Below, piece by piece: positions 18,718 to 28,159 of a stretch of DNA of 64,000 bases. A program made the translations under genes and the position numbers. Source of the DNA: Clostridia bacterium. Lineage in GTDB: Bacteria; Bacillota; Clostridia; Oscillospirales; CAG-382. The notes under the pieces are model-generated. The model saw only the letters and a list, made by a program, of their open reading frames with translations. It searched no databases and was not told where the DNA came from. The stretch spans positions 1,328-65,327 of the forward strand of contig JAFXBC010000025.1 of the NCBI GenBank assembly GCA_017516825.1, written 5' to 3'. Numbering within the stretch: position 1 is the stretch's first letter; every line of letters begins with the position of its first letter.

Positions 18718-19644
18718 ATGAAACGAAATACATATTTTCCCGAAGGCGGCCTGTTGCGTACCGAGAGCAACCGCGCCTATACCGCATCGGCAGAGGGGTT
18801 GCGATGCGCCATGGAGGAAGGAATCATCCTGGAGGGACGAAGCTACCTCTGTGACGAGGAGCGGGATCTCCACGTCACCCTGGGGCAGTTCCGCGGGATC
18901 ATGCCCAAGGAGGAATGCCTGTATACGGGCGGGGGAGAGATCAAGGATATCGCCATCATCTCCCGGGTGGGGAAGCCTATCTGCTGTAAAATCATCGATC
19001 TGAAGACCGACGAAAACGGCAAGCCGTACCCCATCCTTTCCCGCAAGGAGGCTCAGCGGGAGTGTATGCACAACATGATCGAAAAGCTTTGCCCCGGAGA
19101 CGTGGTGGACGCAAAGGTCACCCATCTGGACCCCTTCGGCGCCTTCTGTGACATCGGGTGCGGGCTGGTCTCCCTCATGCCCATCGACTGTATGTCCGTC
19201 TCCCGCATAGGCCATCCCAGAGAACGGTTCGTGGTGGGGCAGAGGATTCGCGCGGTGATCAAGCATTCCGCAGATGAGTTTGGGCGGATCACCCTTTCCC
19301 ATCGGGAGCTTCTGGGTACCTGGGAGGAGAATGCAAGCCGCTTTTCTCCCGGGCAGACCGCCGCAGGCATCGTCCGCAGTGTGGAAAGCTACGGCATCTT
19401 CGTGGAGCTTGCCCCCAATCTGGCAGGACTTGCGGAGTGCAAACCCGACGTGCATCCCGGGCAGAACGCCGCGGTGTATATCAAGAGCATCCTCCCGGGG
19501 AAGATGAAAATCAAGCTTGCCATCATCGACGTGTGCGAGGGCGACGGGCTGATGAACGATTACCGTTACCCGGATATCGACCACCTGGACGGCTGGCAGT
19601 ATTCACCCCCGGAATGCGATAAGCTGATCGAAACGGTGTTTTGA
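18718..19644 (+). CDS. S1 RNA-binding domain protein (tandem S1 domains)
   Basis: PGDVVDAKVTHLDPFGAFCDIG and GQTAAGIVRSVESYGIFVELAPNLAGL S1-type motifs. Confidence 0.8.
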   Translation: MKRNTYFPEGGLLRTESNRAYTASAEGLRCAMEEGIILEGRSYLCDEERDLHVTLGQFRGIMPKEECLYTGGGEIKDIAIISRVGKPICCKIIDLKTDENGKPYPILSRKEAQRECMHNMIEKLCPGDVVDAKVTHLDPFGAFCDIGCGLVSLMPIDCMSVSRIGHPRERFVVGQRIRAVIKHSADEFGRITLSHRELLGTWEENASRFSPGQTAAGIVRSVESYGIFVELAPNLAGLAECKPDVHPGQNAAVYIKSILPGKMKIKLAIIDVCEGDGLMNDYRYPDIDHLDGWQYSPPECDKLIETVF

Positions 19645-19657
19645 TGAGGATTTACGC

Positions 19658-19738
19658 ATAAGAACCTTTCTTTGAAAAGAAAGGTTCTTATGAAACTCCA
19701 AAGAAACTTGAATGCCAAAAACTGTCGTTTTTGGAGAA
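19658..19738 (-). repeat. Two-hairpin intergenic repeat, copy A (hairpin Y 19658-19691, hairpin X 19715-19734)
   Basis: ATAAGAACCTTTCTT..AGAAAGGTTCTTAT plus CCAAAAACTGTCGTTTTTGG. Same architecture and flanks as copies at 32845 and 38399. Confidence 0.75.
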
Positions 19739-19815
19739 ACACATACTGAATACGGGATTCTAAAGGGACGAGTCCCTTTAGCGGAGATTCATAAGAGGCG
19801 GCGCCTCTTATGTGT

Positions 19816-21081
19816 TTAAAATAGGAAATCAAATTCTACGTCGTAAATATTGACGGTGTCCCCCTCGTCGATGCCTGCATCCTCCAGGGCCTGAATGACG
19901 CCCTTTTCCCGCAAGAACTTCTGGAAATACTGCAGGGATTCGTAGCTGTCGAAATCCGTGCGCCCGATGAGCTTCAACAGCCATTCGCCCTTCACGAAGA
20001 AGGTATTGCCGTTTCTGGTCACGTCCACGGAGTAGTCTTCCTTCTCGGGCTCGGGAGCGATATACTCCGGCTCGTAAATGCGGATGGGGGGGAGCTTGTC
20101 CAGCAGAGCGGCGGTGGCCTTCATCAGCTCGGAAACACCCTCGTCGATCTCACCGGCGATGAGGAATAACTGCCAGCCCTTTTCTTCCGCAAAGGCTTTG
20201 ATCTCCTCGTACTTCTCCTCGTCGTAACCCAGGTCGATCTTGTTGCCCACCAGGATCTGAGGACGGCTTGCCAGCTCGGGGCTGTATTTTTCCAGTTCCG
20301 CGTTGATCTTCTTGATGTCCTCCAAAGGATCGGGACGCTCCGAACCGGAGATGTCAAAGATGTGCAGGATCAGCCTGCAGCGGTCGATATGCCGCAGAAA
20401 ATCGTGACCCAGCCCCGCACCCTCGGAAGCACCCTCGATAAGCCCGGGAATATCCGCGGCCACGAAGGTCTTGTCGTACACGGAGATCACTCCCAGGTTG
20501 GGGGAGAGGGTGGTGAAATGGTAGTTGGCCACCTTGGGTCGGGCAGAGCTGATGACGGAAAGCAGGGTGGACTTGCCCACGTTGGGGAATCCTGCAAACC
20601 CTACGTCTGCCAGCATTTTCAGCTCCAGCGTCAGGTTCTTTTCTTCACCGGGAGTGCCCTCCTTGGCAAAACGGGGCACCTGGCGGGTAGCCGTGGCGAA
20701 ATGGGTGTTGCCCCAACCGCCTCTGCCGCCCTTTGCAACCACGAAGCGGTCGCAATCCCCCATGTCCTTGATCACAAGACCGGTCTCCGCATCGCGGATC
20801 ACCGTTCCGGGAGGCACGGGGATCTCCAGATCTTTGCCGTATTTCCCCATGAACTTCTTTGCGGCACCGTCGGCACCGTTTTCTGCCACGAACTTGCGGC
20901 GGTACTTAAAGTCCAAAAGGGTGTTCTTTCCCTCGTCGGTAACAAAGACGATGCTGCCGCCCTTGCCACCGTCTCCGCCGTCGGGCCCGCCGTGGGAGAC
21001 GTATTTTTCACGGCGGAAGGAAACGGCACCGTTGCCGCCCTTGCCCGCCTTGACGAAAATATTTACCTTATCAATAAACAT
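19816..21081 (-). CDS. obg: GTPase Obg/CgtA
   Basis: MFIDKVNIFVKAGKGGNGAVSFRREKY, G1 GFPNVGKST, C-terminal OCT-like domain. Confidence 0.95.
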   Translation of the reverse strand: MFIDKVNIFVKAGKGGNGAVSFRREKYVSHGGPDGGDGGKGGSIVFVTDEGKNTLLDFKYRRKFVAENGADGAAKKFMGKYGKDLEIPVPPGTVIRDAETGLVIKDMGDCDRFVVAKGGRGGWGNTHFATATRQVPRFAKEGTPGEEKNLTLELKMLADVGFAGFPNVGKSTLLSVISSARPKVANYHFTTLSPNLGVISVYDKTFVAADIPGLIEGASEGAGLGHDFLRHIDRCRLILHIFDISGSERPDPLEDIKKINAELEKYSPELASRPQILVGNKIDLGYDEEKYEEIKAFAEEKGWQLFLIAGEIDEGVSELMKATAALLDKLPPIRIYEPEYIAPEPEKEDYSVDVTRNGNTFFVKGEWLLKLIGRTDFDSYESLQYFQKFLREKGVIQALEDAGIDEGDTVNIYDVEFDFLF

Positions 21082-21195
21082 ATCGATTCCTCGATTCATG
21101 CCGTTCGGGGCATATCGTGATGAAAAAAGCCCTTTCAGTCTGCTGCGATTGAAAGGGCTGTTCTTCGTTCTTTTTTCGTAAAACCGTTTTTGGAA

Positions 21196-21483
21196 TTACT
21201 GTGCGTCGGCAGAGAGAACGGAAACGCTCTTTCTTCCGCCTGCGATGGGCTTGAATTTGACAACGCCGTCAACCAGAGCAAACAGGGTGTCATCAGAACC
21301 ACGACCAACGCCTTCACCCGGATGGATGGAGGTGCCACGCTGACGAACGATGATGTTGCCGGCGATAACGGACTGGCCGTCCTGCTTCTTCACGCCAAGT
21401 CTCTTGGATTCGCTGTCACGGCCGTTCTTGGTAGAACCAACGCCTTTTTTATGAGCAAAGAACTGCAAAGACAATCTAAGCAT
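21196..21483 (-). CDS. rpmA: 50S ribosomal protein L27 (with N-terminal pro-peptide)
   Basis: MLRLSLQFF|[21 protein letters not shown]. Confidence 0.97.
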   Translation of the reverse strand: MLRLSLQFFAHKKGVGSTKNGRDSESKRLGVKKQDGQSVIAGNIIVRQRGTSIHPGEGVGRGSDDTLFALVDGVVKFKPIAGGRKSVSVLSADAQ

Positions 21484-21496
21484 GATTACGTACTCC

Positions 21497-21805
21497 TTAC
21501 TTTGAATTTTTTTGCACCCGTACGTATGCCGGGTACTGTTTTTGTAGCTGTCTCAGCTCCTCGTAGAACACGGAGATCAGCTTGCTGGCTTCCTCACAAG
21601 GCTTGCACAATCGGTAGGAGACCTGTGCCTCCTCACCCTCGGCAGAAACCTCTGCCTCTGCGCCGAAGGCCTCTGCACCGTTGACCGCAAAGTTGGTCAT
21701 GGCACTCACCGCGGCACATACGATGTCCTCGCCTGCCTCGGCATAGCCTGCGTGCCCCGAAAGGGTAAAGCCGGAAAAATCGCGATCAAAGGTGGCTCGG
21801 ATCAT
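21497..21805 (-). CDS. prp: Ribosomal-processing cysteine protease Prp
   Basis: Lies between rplU and rpm[20 protein letters not shown] motif. Confidence 0.85.
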   Translation of the reverse strand: MIRATFDRDFSGFTLSGHAGYAEAGEDIVCAAVSAMTNFAVNGAEAFGAEAEVSAEGEEAQVSYRLCKPCEEASKLISVFYEELRQLQKQYPAYVRVQKNSK

Positions 21806-21810
21806 AGATC

Positions 21811-22122
21811 TTAACCGTTGATAGCAACGATCTGCAACTTGGTGTAGGGCTGTCTGTGACCGAGATGTCTCTTCTCGTTCTTCTTGGACTTGTAAGTCAT
21901 CACATGGATCTTCTTGCCCTTGCCGTTCTTCACCACGGTTGCGGTAACGGTTGCGCCTTCCACAACGGGAGCGCCAACCTTAAAGCCGTCTGCGCCGGAA
22001 ACAGCCAGGACCTGGTCGAAGGTGTAGGTGGTGCCTTCCTCAACGCCCAGCTTTTCAACGAAGATGATATCACCTTCGGAGACCTTGTACTGCTTACCGC
22101 CGGTCTGAATTACTGCGTACAT
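21811..22122 (-). CDS. rplU: 50S ribosomal protein L21
   Basis: [18 protein letters not shown]. Confidence 0.97.
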   Translation of the reverse strand: MYAVIQTGGKQYKVSEGDIIFVEKLGVEEGTTYTFDQVLAVSGADGFKVGAPVVEGATVTATVVKNGKGKKIHVMTYKSKKNEKRHLGHRQPYTKLQIVAING

Positions 22123-22229
22123 TCCAATATAACCTCACTTTCCGTAAGTCTCGCTACCTGAGAGGCACGTGCCCGGGCGTTACCGCCAAAAAGCACGATT
22201 TGAAAAGCCCCATATATGCGGCAATGGAT

Positions 22230-22258
22230 ATGATACCACACTTCTTTTTATTTGTCAA
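22230..22258 (-). promoter_or_regulatory. SigA-type promoter of the rplU-prp-rpmA operon (followed by a ~100-nt leader, possible L21 leader)
   Basis: Minus strand reads TTGACA, 17-nt spacer, TGgTATCAT. The leader at 22123-22225 has GC-rich pairings, but its identity as the L21 leader is not verified. Confidence 0.5.
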
Positions 22259-22314
22259 TAGGATTTTGTACTTTTTCCTAAAAAAATCAGCGCTGATTTG
22301 TATACAATGCCGAG

Positions 22315-22344
22315 TTGACATAATGCATAGGACTGTGGTATACT
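22315..22344 (+). promoter_or_regulatory. SigA-type promoter
   Basis: TTGACA (22315-22320), 18-nt spacer, TGgTATACT (22336-22344). Confidence 0.65.
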
Positions 22345-22373
22345 GAATTGATCTTGACTGGAGGCGAAAGTAG

Positions 22374-24515
22374 ATGAAAAAGAGGATTGTTGCGTGTTTT
22401 TTATCGGTGGTGTTGGTTCTTGCGGCATTGCCCTTGACGGCTTTTGCCTACGGTCACAGCGATACCACACCCTTGCCCGACGGGGCCTATAAGTCCTGGT
22501 CCCAGGAGGATCCCCGCTGGAAAGACGTGAAGATCGGTGTGGATCCCTGGACGGATTCCCAGGGAAAGCGCCACGAGAACGAGACCATCGGTCACGCAGG
22601 CTGTCTCATCAGCTCCATGGCCATTCTTGCCCGTGCTTACGGCCTGACTCTGGCAGACGGCACCGCCATTGACCCCGGCTCGCTGGGAAAGGCAATGTAC
22701 GACGACGGCAGCTGTAAATATCTGAACTATAAGGGTGCCACCAAGTACGAGACGGCCTTCGATGCCCTGATCCCCGGGGTGAAGTTCTACAAGAATATGT
22801 TCCCCTCCAACCCGGTCTCCACCATCCGTACCCTTCTTTCCGATCCGGAAAAGGAGTATATCATCATTGCCGCGGTGAAGAACGGCGGGCATTACGTGGC
22901 GGTGGATTGCGTGGTGGATAACGACGTGGCCATCTGCGATACGGGCTACCCCAAGACCCGTCTTTCGGAATATACCGTCCTCTGTCTGTTGGTGTATACC
23001 GTGGACGAGGCCTACGTGCAGGCGCCCGTTCAGCCCTCCGGCGCACCGATCTGGCTGGTGACGGAGTCCTCCGGCATCAAGATCCGTTCCGGCCCCGGGC
23101 TGGATTTTGAACGGGTAGGTGCCTACAAGGTGAATACCGAGATCGAGGTGACCGAAACGCTGGAAGCGGACGGCTATCTTTGGGGTAAGACGGAAAAAGG
23201 CTGGTGCGCCCTCCGCGCCTTGGATGGCTCCGATGAATTTTGTAAATGCCTCACGGTAATCAAATATCCCGTTTCCTACCACTTGGAAGGGGGTATCGGC
23301 GGGCCCAATTCCCAGGAGAAGGTTGCAGGGGAACCCCTGAAGCTCTCCGACGCCGTCCCCGAAAAGGAAGGACACCTGTTTTTAGGCTGGTCCACGGACC
23401 CCTCTGCCACTTCCGCTACCTATGCACCCGGTGCCGTGTACGGGGTGGACGAGCCCTTGACTCTGTACGCCGTGTGGATGGCGGAAAAGGAGATCTTTGC
23501 CTACGGCATCGACGTGTCTTCTCACCAGAAAACGGTGGACTGGCAGGCGGTGGCCGAAAGCGGTATCCGTTTCGTGATCCTGCGGGCGGGTACCTCCAAC
23601 GGAAAGGACACCGCATTTGAAGAAAATTACCTGGGGGCAAAGGCCGCAGGGCTTTTGGTGGGCAGTTATTTCTTTACCTACGCCGCAACGGAGGAGGAAA
23701 TGCTTGCGGATGCCAAGCTGTTCGAGGAATGGCTTGCAGGCAAGGAGTTTGAACTTCCCGTTTACGTGGACGTGGAGACGGAGGAGCAAAGCAAGCTTCC
23801 CGCGGGAGAGCTGACCCGTCTGACGGCGCTGTTCCGCTCTTACATCCTGGAGGCGGGCTATTATTGCGGTGTTTACGCCAGCTATAACTGGTTCGATTGG
23901 TATCTGGATAAGGAAGCCCTGGGCGGCAAGGATGCCCTTTGGATAGCAAAATGGGCCCCCAGCGGAACTCTGTCCCAGAACCTCAGCGGAGATTGCGGCG
24001 TGTATCAGTATTCCGAGACGGGAAGGGTGCCGGGGATCTCCACCACGGTGGATCTGAACGTTTGCTACGTGGATCTTCCCGCCATCGTGGCTGAGTACTA
24101 TGAATTCGTGAAAAACAACGTTTCTCCCTTGCCGGATTCAGGGTTGACCATCCATGAGGAGGTTCTTGCAGGCGGTAAGGCGGGCATGACCGTGGGGGAA
24201 TGGAAGCTGTTGTTCGATGGGGAAGTGACCTTCGACGACGGCATGGGCAATCTGCTTGCCGACACCGACTTGGTCTGCACGGGATATACCGTCTATTGCG
24301 GTGAGAACGCCTATACCCTTGCGGTGAAGGGGGACCTGGACGGGGACGGTAAGGTCACGGCCATGGACTACATGCTGACGAAGATGTACGTGCTGGGACG
24401 GTATCGCCTTACCCCCGAGGCCTATTACGCCGCACTGGTGCAGGGTGACAAGGTGTCCAGCCTGTGCTATATGCGGATCAAGGGCCACGTGCTGGGAGCC
24501 TTCTCTCTCTATTAA
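22374..24515 (+). CDS. Secreted wall hydrolase: C39-like/papain-fold peptidase + SH3 + Listeria-Bacteroides repeat + GH25 muramidase + dockerin
   Basis: Signal peptide. GHAGCLISSMAI (Cys nucleophile context). SH3-like WLVTESSGIKIRSGP. Repeat LFLGWSTDPSATSATYAPG...LYAVW. GH25 YGIDVSSHQKTVDW..IRFVILRAG. Dockerin GDLDGDGKVTAMDYMLTKMYVLG. Confidence 0.85.
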   Translation: MKKRIVACFLSVVLVLAALPLTAFAYGHSDTTPLPDGAYKSWSQEDPRWKDVKIGVDPWTDSQGKRHENETIGHAGCLISSMAILARAYGLTLADGTAIDPGSLGKAMYDDGSCKYLNYKGATKYETAFDALIPGVKFYKNMFPSNPVSTIRTLLSDPEKEYIIIAAVKNGGHYVAVDCVVDNDVAICDTGYPKTRLSEYTVLCLLVYTVDEAYVQAPVQPSGAPIWLVTESSGIKIRSGPGLDFERVGAYKVNTEIEVTETLEADGYLWGKTEKGWCALRALDGSDEFCKCLTVIKYPVSYHLEGGIGGPNSQEKVAGEPLKLSDAVPEKEGHLFLGWSTDPSATSATYAPGAVYGVDEPLTLYAVWMAEKEIFAYGIDVSSHQKTVDWQAVAESGIRFVILRAGTSNGKDTAFEENYLGAKAAGLLVGSYFFTYAATEEEMLADAKLFEEWLAGKEFELPVYVDVETEEQSKLPAGELTRLTALFRSYILEAGYYCGVYASYNWFDWYLDKEALGGKDALWIAKWAPSGTLSQNLSGDCGVYQYSETGRVPGISTTVDLNVCYVDLPAIVAEYYEFVKNNVSPLPDSGLTIHEEVLAGGKAGMTVGEWKLLFDGEVTFDDGMGNLLADTDLVCTGYTVYCGENAYTLAVKGDLDGDGKVTAMDYMLTKMYVLGRYRLTPEAYYAALVQGDKVSSLCYMRIKGHVLGAFSLY

Positions 24516-24522
24516 AACAAAC

Positions 24523-24558
24523 AACGGACTTTTGCACAACACGCAAAAGTCCGTTTTT
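24523..24558. terminator. Bidirectional terminator
   Basis: AACGGACTTTTGC / GCAAAAGTCCGTT stem followed by TTT. Confidence 0.8.
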
Positions 24559-24765
24559 CTATCTGTTGATCTTGGGGTCGTCCGTTCGCTCCAGAAGATA
24601 ATCCACGGAGACGTCAAAAAAGTCTGCAAGCCTGATGAGCATGGCGTAATCCGCCTCACGTTCTCCCGTTTCGTAACGGCTGATGGTGTGCTGGGAAACA
24701 GAAAGCTCCATGGCCAGCCGCACCTGGGAGATCCCCCGCTCTTTGCGTAATTGCTTCAACCGCAT
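24559..24765 (-). CDS. Small XRE-family HTH regulator
   Basis: LKQLRKERGISQVRLAMELSVSQHTISRYETG. Confidence 0.85.
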   Translation of the reverse strand: MRLKQLRKERGISQVRLAMELSVSQHTISRYETGEREADYAMLIRLADFFDVSVDYLLERTDDPKINR

Positions 24766-24905
24766 ACAAGCTCCTCCTGCTTTTTTAGCATACCTTTTGA
24801 CAATAGTATAACAATATGGTATGATAAATATATCCCGATATGGGATATAAAAGACAAGAGAAAAGCCGCAAGTGAGCGGCTAATCCTCCGGTTTCTTCCT
24901 TCACA

Positions 24906-24985
24906 GGAAAAGTTTTTGAAAATTTTCAAGAAACTTTTTCCAAAAAGTTTCTTGAATGGGGTTTGGGGCAACGCCCCAACGTTCC
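24906..24985 (-). repeat. Intergenic repeat, 'left module' copy E
   Basis: The reverse complement GGGGCGTTGCCCC..CAAGAAACTTTTTGGAAAAAGTTTCTTG..TTTTCAAAAACTTTT aligns along ~80 nt with 37263-37345. Confidence 0.7.
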
Positions 24986-25000
24986 CCCAACGTCCCCCCG

Positions 25001-25777
25001 TTACACAGCGGCGACGGTCTTGTTTTTCAGCCGCAGATTGTCCGCGATCATGGCGATGAACTCGGAGTTGGTGGGCTTCCCGCGGGAGTTCTGTACCGTG
25101 TAACCGAAGAAGCTGTTGAGCACGTCCAGATCGCCCCGATCCCAAGCCACCTCAATGGCATGGCGAATGGCACGCTCCACACGGGAGGAGGTGGTGCCGT
25201 AAGACTTGGCCACGGAGGGATAGAGGATCTTGGTGACGGAATTGATCACGTCGGTGTTCTCCACCACCATGATGATGGCGGTGCGGAGATATTGATATCC
25301 CTTGATGTGGGCAGGCACGCCGATCTGATGGATGATCTTGGTGACCTGTGCCTCCAGATCGCTGTCCTCACGGGAAGGGAGGTGACCGCCAACCCGAGGC
25401 TTACCCTTTTCTCCGATGCGGCGGATGCGGTCGCCTAAGGTGTTGTAATCCAAGGGCACCAGCATACAGTAGGCCGCCCCTGCCTCCACACATTCTTCGA
25501 ACACTCCCGGGTTGTGGAAGGAGGAGATCATGATGAAGGCGGGGTACCCATCTCCCAACTGCTTTTTGGACTCACGGATCAACCCCACACCGTCGATCTT
25601 CCCCAAGTGCATATCCGAGATCACCACCCCGGGCTTCAAGCGGGTGATCTTCACAAGGGCGTCCTGCCCGTCGGCGGCCTCGCCGATGACGTTGATCCCC
25701 TGGCGGCGGAGGATCTGTGTGCATTGGGTTCGCAACTCGTCGTTGCCTTCTGCGATAAGTACTCTGACTTTTTCCAT
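25001..25777 (-). CDS. spo0A: Sporulation master regulator Spo0A
   Basis: Receiver domain plus the diagnostic Spo0A C-terminal domain: [16 protein letters not shown]-like [20 protein letters not shown], ...[15 protein letters not shown]...[13 protein letters not shown]. Confidence 0.97.
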   Translation of the reverse strand: MEKVRVLIAEGNDELRTQCTQILRRQGINVIGEAADGQDALVKITRLKPGVVISDMHLGKIDGVGLIRESKKQLGDGYPAFIMISSFHNPGVFEECVEAGAAYCMLVPLDYNTLGDRIRRIGEKGKPRVGGHLPSREDSDLEAQVTKIIHQIGVPAHIKGYQYLRTAIIMVVENTDVINSVTKILYPSVAKSYGTTSSRVERAIRHAIEVAWDRGDLDVLNSFFGYTVQNSRGKPTNSEFIAMIADNLRLKNKTVAAV

Positions 25778-25974
25778 GACCTGTATGTTTCTCCTTCAAG
25801 ATAAGATTTGTTGATGGGTATATTCTACCATTTTCCAAGCAGAAATTCAATATTTTGACCGCAAAAAATCCCCGCAAAAGGGCAACTTTCGTATCCTAAT
25901 AATCGACACTCCCGGTCGAAAACGGCGGTTCTTCCTGTATAAATTCCCAATTTCGACGGCAAAAAATGACAATT

Positions 25975-25991
25975 TGTCGAATTTTGTCGAA
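25975..25991. promoter_or_regulatory. Tandem 0A-box-like sites upstream of spo0A
   Basis: TGTCGAA at 25975-25981 and 25985-25991. Related TCGACA/GTCGAA half-sites lie at ~25903-25920 and 25952-25958. Confidence 0.55.
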
Positions 25992-26138
25992 AGACCGCAA
26001 AAAAAGAAAAGAGACCGAAGCGGACACTTTGCGGCACTGCCATGACGAAAAGGTTTTTTATTCATCACCTTTCCCTTATATCTACAATTTTTTTCAAAAA
26101 TAATGGAATAATTGTTGCAGATTTTTGCCGAAACGCCG

Positions 26139-26167
26139 TTGACAAAGGGAGGGGAAAATGCTATACT
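26139..26167 (+). promoter_or_regulatory. SigA-type promoter
   Basis: TTGACA (26139-26144), 17-nt spacer, TGcTATACT (26159-26167). Confidence 0.65.
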
Positions 26168-26209
26168 GCTACACGGAAAAACAAGAGAATCTTTTGGAGT
26201 TTTAGAAGT

Positions 26210-27031
26210 ATGAGCAAACGTTTTTTGATTTGCCTTCTTTTTTTGTGTGTAGCGGTAGGGTGTGTTTCCATTTCCGCGCTGGCAGAGGAGGAGAGTGAAC
26301 AAGAATCCGTATACGTGTTCGTCACCCTTGCAGACGGCGAGGGAAAGACGGTTCTGGCCCATGAGGAGATCACCGTGGAGGATACCGACGGTGACGGCGT
26401 CCTCACCATCCACGATGCCTTGACCTGTGCTCATGCACAGAAGTATACCGGGGAAGGGGAGGGCTACCGTGCGGAGCGTACGGAATACGGCCTTTCCATG
26501 ACCAAGCTTTGGGGCTGTGAAAACGGCGGCAGCTACGGCTACTACCTGAACAACCAATCCCCCCAGAGCCTTGCCGACCCCATCGAAAAGGGAGATTCCG
26601 TCCACGCCTTCGTGTACACCGATCTCACCGCCTGGTCGGACACCTATTGTTATTTTGATAAAGAGCACGTAGCCGTGTCCGGGGACGGGGCCTTGACCCT
26701 CACCCTGTACGCTATGGGCTACGATGCCGATTGGAACCCTGTTTCCCTTCCCGTGGCCGGGGCATCCATTACCATCGACGGAAAAGCCACCCCTTACGTC
26801 ACCGACGAGGAGGGGAAGGTCACCCTCACCTTTGACGGCGCAGGCTATTGCGTGGTCAGCGCGGTGAAGGAGGGGGTCAACCTGGTGCCTCCCGTGTGTG
26901 CCGTGGCTGTGAGCAGCGGCAGTGCGGATGCAGGAGACCGCGGCGGGTTGCTTCCCTGGATCGGGCTGGGCTTTGCCGCCTTGGTGGCGATCCTTCCCTT
27001 AGGGAAGCGGTTTAAGCATGAAACGCTGTAA
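26210..27031 (+). CDS. Secreted, C-terminally anchored protein (DUF4430-like)
   Basis: Signal peptide MSKRFLICLLFLCVAVGCVSISALA. DGDGVLTIHDAL segment. C-terminal TM helix. Family name is from memory. Confidence 0.7.
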   Translation: MSKRFLICLLFLCVAVGCVSISALAEEESEQESVYVFVTLADGEGKTVLAHEEITVEDTDGDGVLTIHDALTCAHAQKYTGEGEGYRAERTEYGLSMTKLWGCENGGSYGYYLNNQSPQSLADPIEKGDSVHAFVYTDLTAWSDTYCYFDKEHVAVSGDGALTLTLYAMGYDADWNPVSLPVAGASITIDGKATPYVTDEEGKVTLTFDGAGYCVVSAVKEGVNLVPPVCAVAVSSGSADAGDRGGLLPWIGLGFAALVAILPLGKRFKHETL

Positions 27032-28121
27032 GCCGCTCTGCGCCCTTCTGCTTGCGATCGTCTTGACGGCGCTTACCCTTCTGCCCGTTTCCGCATCGGA
27101 GGAGGAAAACCTTTCCACCCTGCTGATGGGAGAGGATCTTAACGCCTACGCTCGACAGACCTTGCCTTCCTTGGCAGGGGAAGGGGGCGAATGGCTTGCC
27201 CTCTATCTTGCACTGCAGGAGGAAGCATACGATCTTTCGGAATACGCTGCCGCTTTGGCGGCGTATTTTTCCTCGGAGCCTAGGCTGAACCCAGTGGAAC
27301 GTCAGCGGTGCGCCCTGGCGTGGCTGGCGGCGGGGGGAAGTCGGGAGATCGCCGCAGAAATGGCAAAGGATTCCATAGGCTCCCAGGGGATCATGAGCTG
27401 GATCTTCGGTCTGCACCTGTTGCACAACGGAGTGGAGATGGAAGGATATACCACCGCTTCCGTGGCGGAGACCCTGGTGTCCCTTCAGCTTGCCGACGGC
27501 GGGTTTGCCCTCAGCGGACAGTACGCTGACGTGGACGTCGCCGCCATGGTACTGCAAGCCCTGGCACCCGTCAAGGAAGATTACGCCGATACCATCGAAA
27601 AAGGCATCGCTTGCCTCGCCTCCAAGCAACAGCCGGACGGCGGGTTCAAAAGCTACGGCGTTTCCAACCCGGAAAGCGTGGCGCAAGTGGTGATCGCCCT
27701 GACGGCTCTCGGCGTCGACCCCCGCACCGATCCGCGGTTCTCGGGAGACATGACCGAAGCGTGGAAGCAGTTCCGCCTGGAGGACGGAAGCTATTCCCAT
27801 ATTGCAGGGGGCAAACGGAACGAAAACGCCTGCACCCAAGTGCTGTTGGCTTTGGCGGCCCTTTCCCGCTTTGACGCAGGGAAGGGAAGTCTGTATTTGT
27901 TAGATACCCCTTCGGAAGAACTGCCCGAGATCAGCTTCCCCGCGGAATCCTCCAAAGAGGAGAGCATCCCCGAGGAATCTTCCAAAGAAGAAAGCTCCTC
28001 ACAGCCTCCCGCACCTGCCGAGGAAGAGGGAATGTCCTTCCCCCGCAAAGCAGTTTTGACCGTGGCCATCCTGCTGGCAGTGGTCAGCCTGGGGTATCTG
28101 CTCATCCCCAAACGTAAATAA
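27018..28121 (+). CDS. Prenyltransferase/squalene-cyclase-repeat (alpha-alpha toroid) surface protein
   Basis: Signal peptide. Repeats QLADGGFALSG, QQPDGGFKSYG and RLEDGSYSHIAGG. Glu/Ser linker and C-terminal TM. Overlaps the upstream gene by 14 nt. Confidence 0.75.
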   Translation: MKRCKPLCALLLAIVLTALTLLPVSASEEENLSTLLMGEDLNAYARQTLPSLAGEGGEWLALYLALQEEAYDLSEYAAALAAYFSSEPRLNPVERQRCALAWLAAGGSREIAAEMAKDSIGSQGIMSWIFGLHLLHNGVEMEGYTTASVAETLVSLQLADGGFALSGQYADVDVAAMVLQALAPVKEDYADTIEKGIACLASKQQPDGGFKSYGVSNPESVAQVVIALTALGVDPRTDPRFSGDMTEAWKQFRLEDGSYSHIAGGKRNENACTQVLLALAALSRFDAGKGSLYLLDTPSEELPEISFPAESSKEESIPEESSKEESSSQPPAPAEEEGMSFPRKAVLTVAILLAVVSLGYLLIPKRK

Positions 28122-28127
28122 ACAAGA

Positions 28128-28159
28128 CGCGTGTTTCATGGAGAAGCACGCGTTTTTCT
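28128..28159. terminator. Hairpin between convergent genes
   Basis: ACGCGTG / CACGCGT stem followed by TTTT. Confidence 0.55.

Noticed and set aside
22123-22229. Leader of rplU as the Firmicutes L21 ribosomal-protein leader.
   Set aside because: It is not rejected outright. I cannot reproduce the published consensus structure from memory, so it is mentioned only under the promoter feature and not called as an ncRNA.
24751-25145. ORFs 24751-25059(+) and 24756-25145(-) between the XRE gene and spo0A.
   Set aside because: They run across the intergenic hairpin repeat (copy E) and into the spo0A 3' end. They have no RBS, and their lysine/phenylalanine-rich translations are artefacts of the palindromic repeat.
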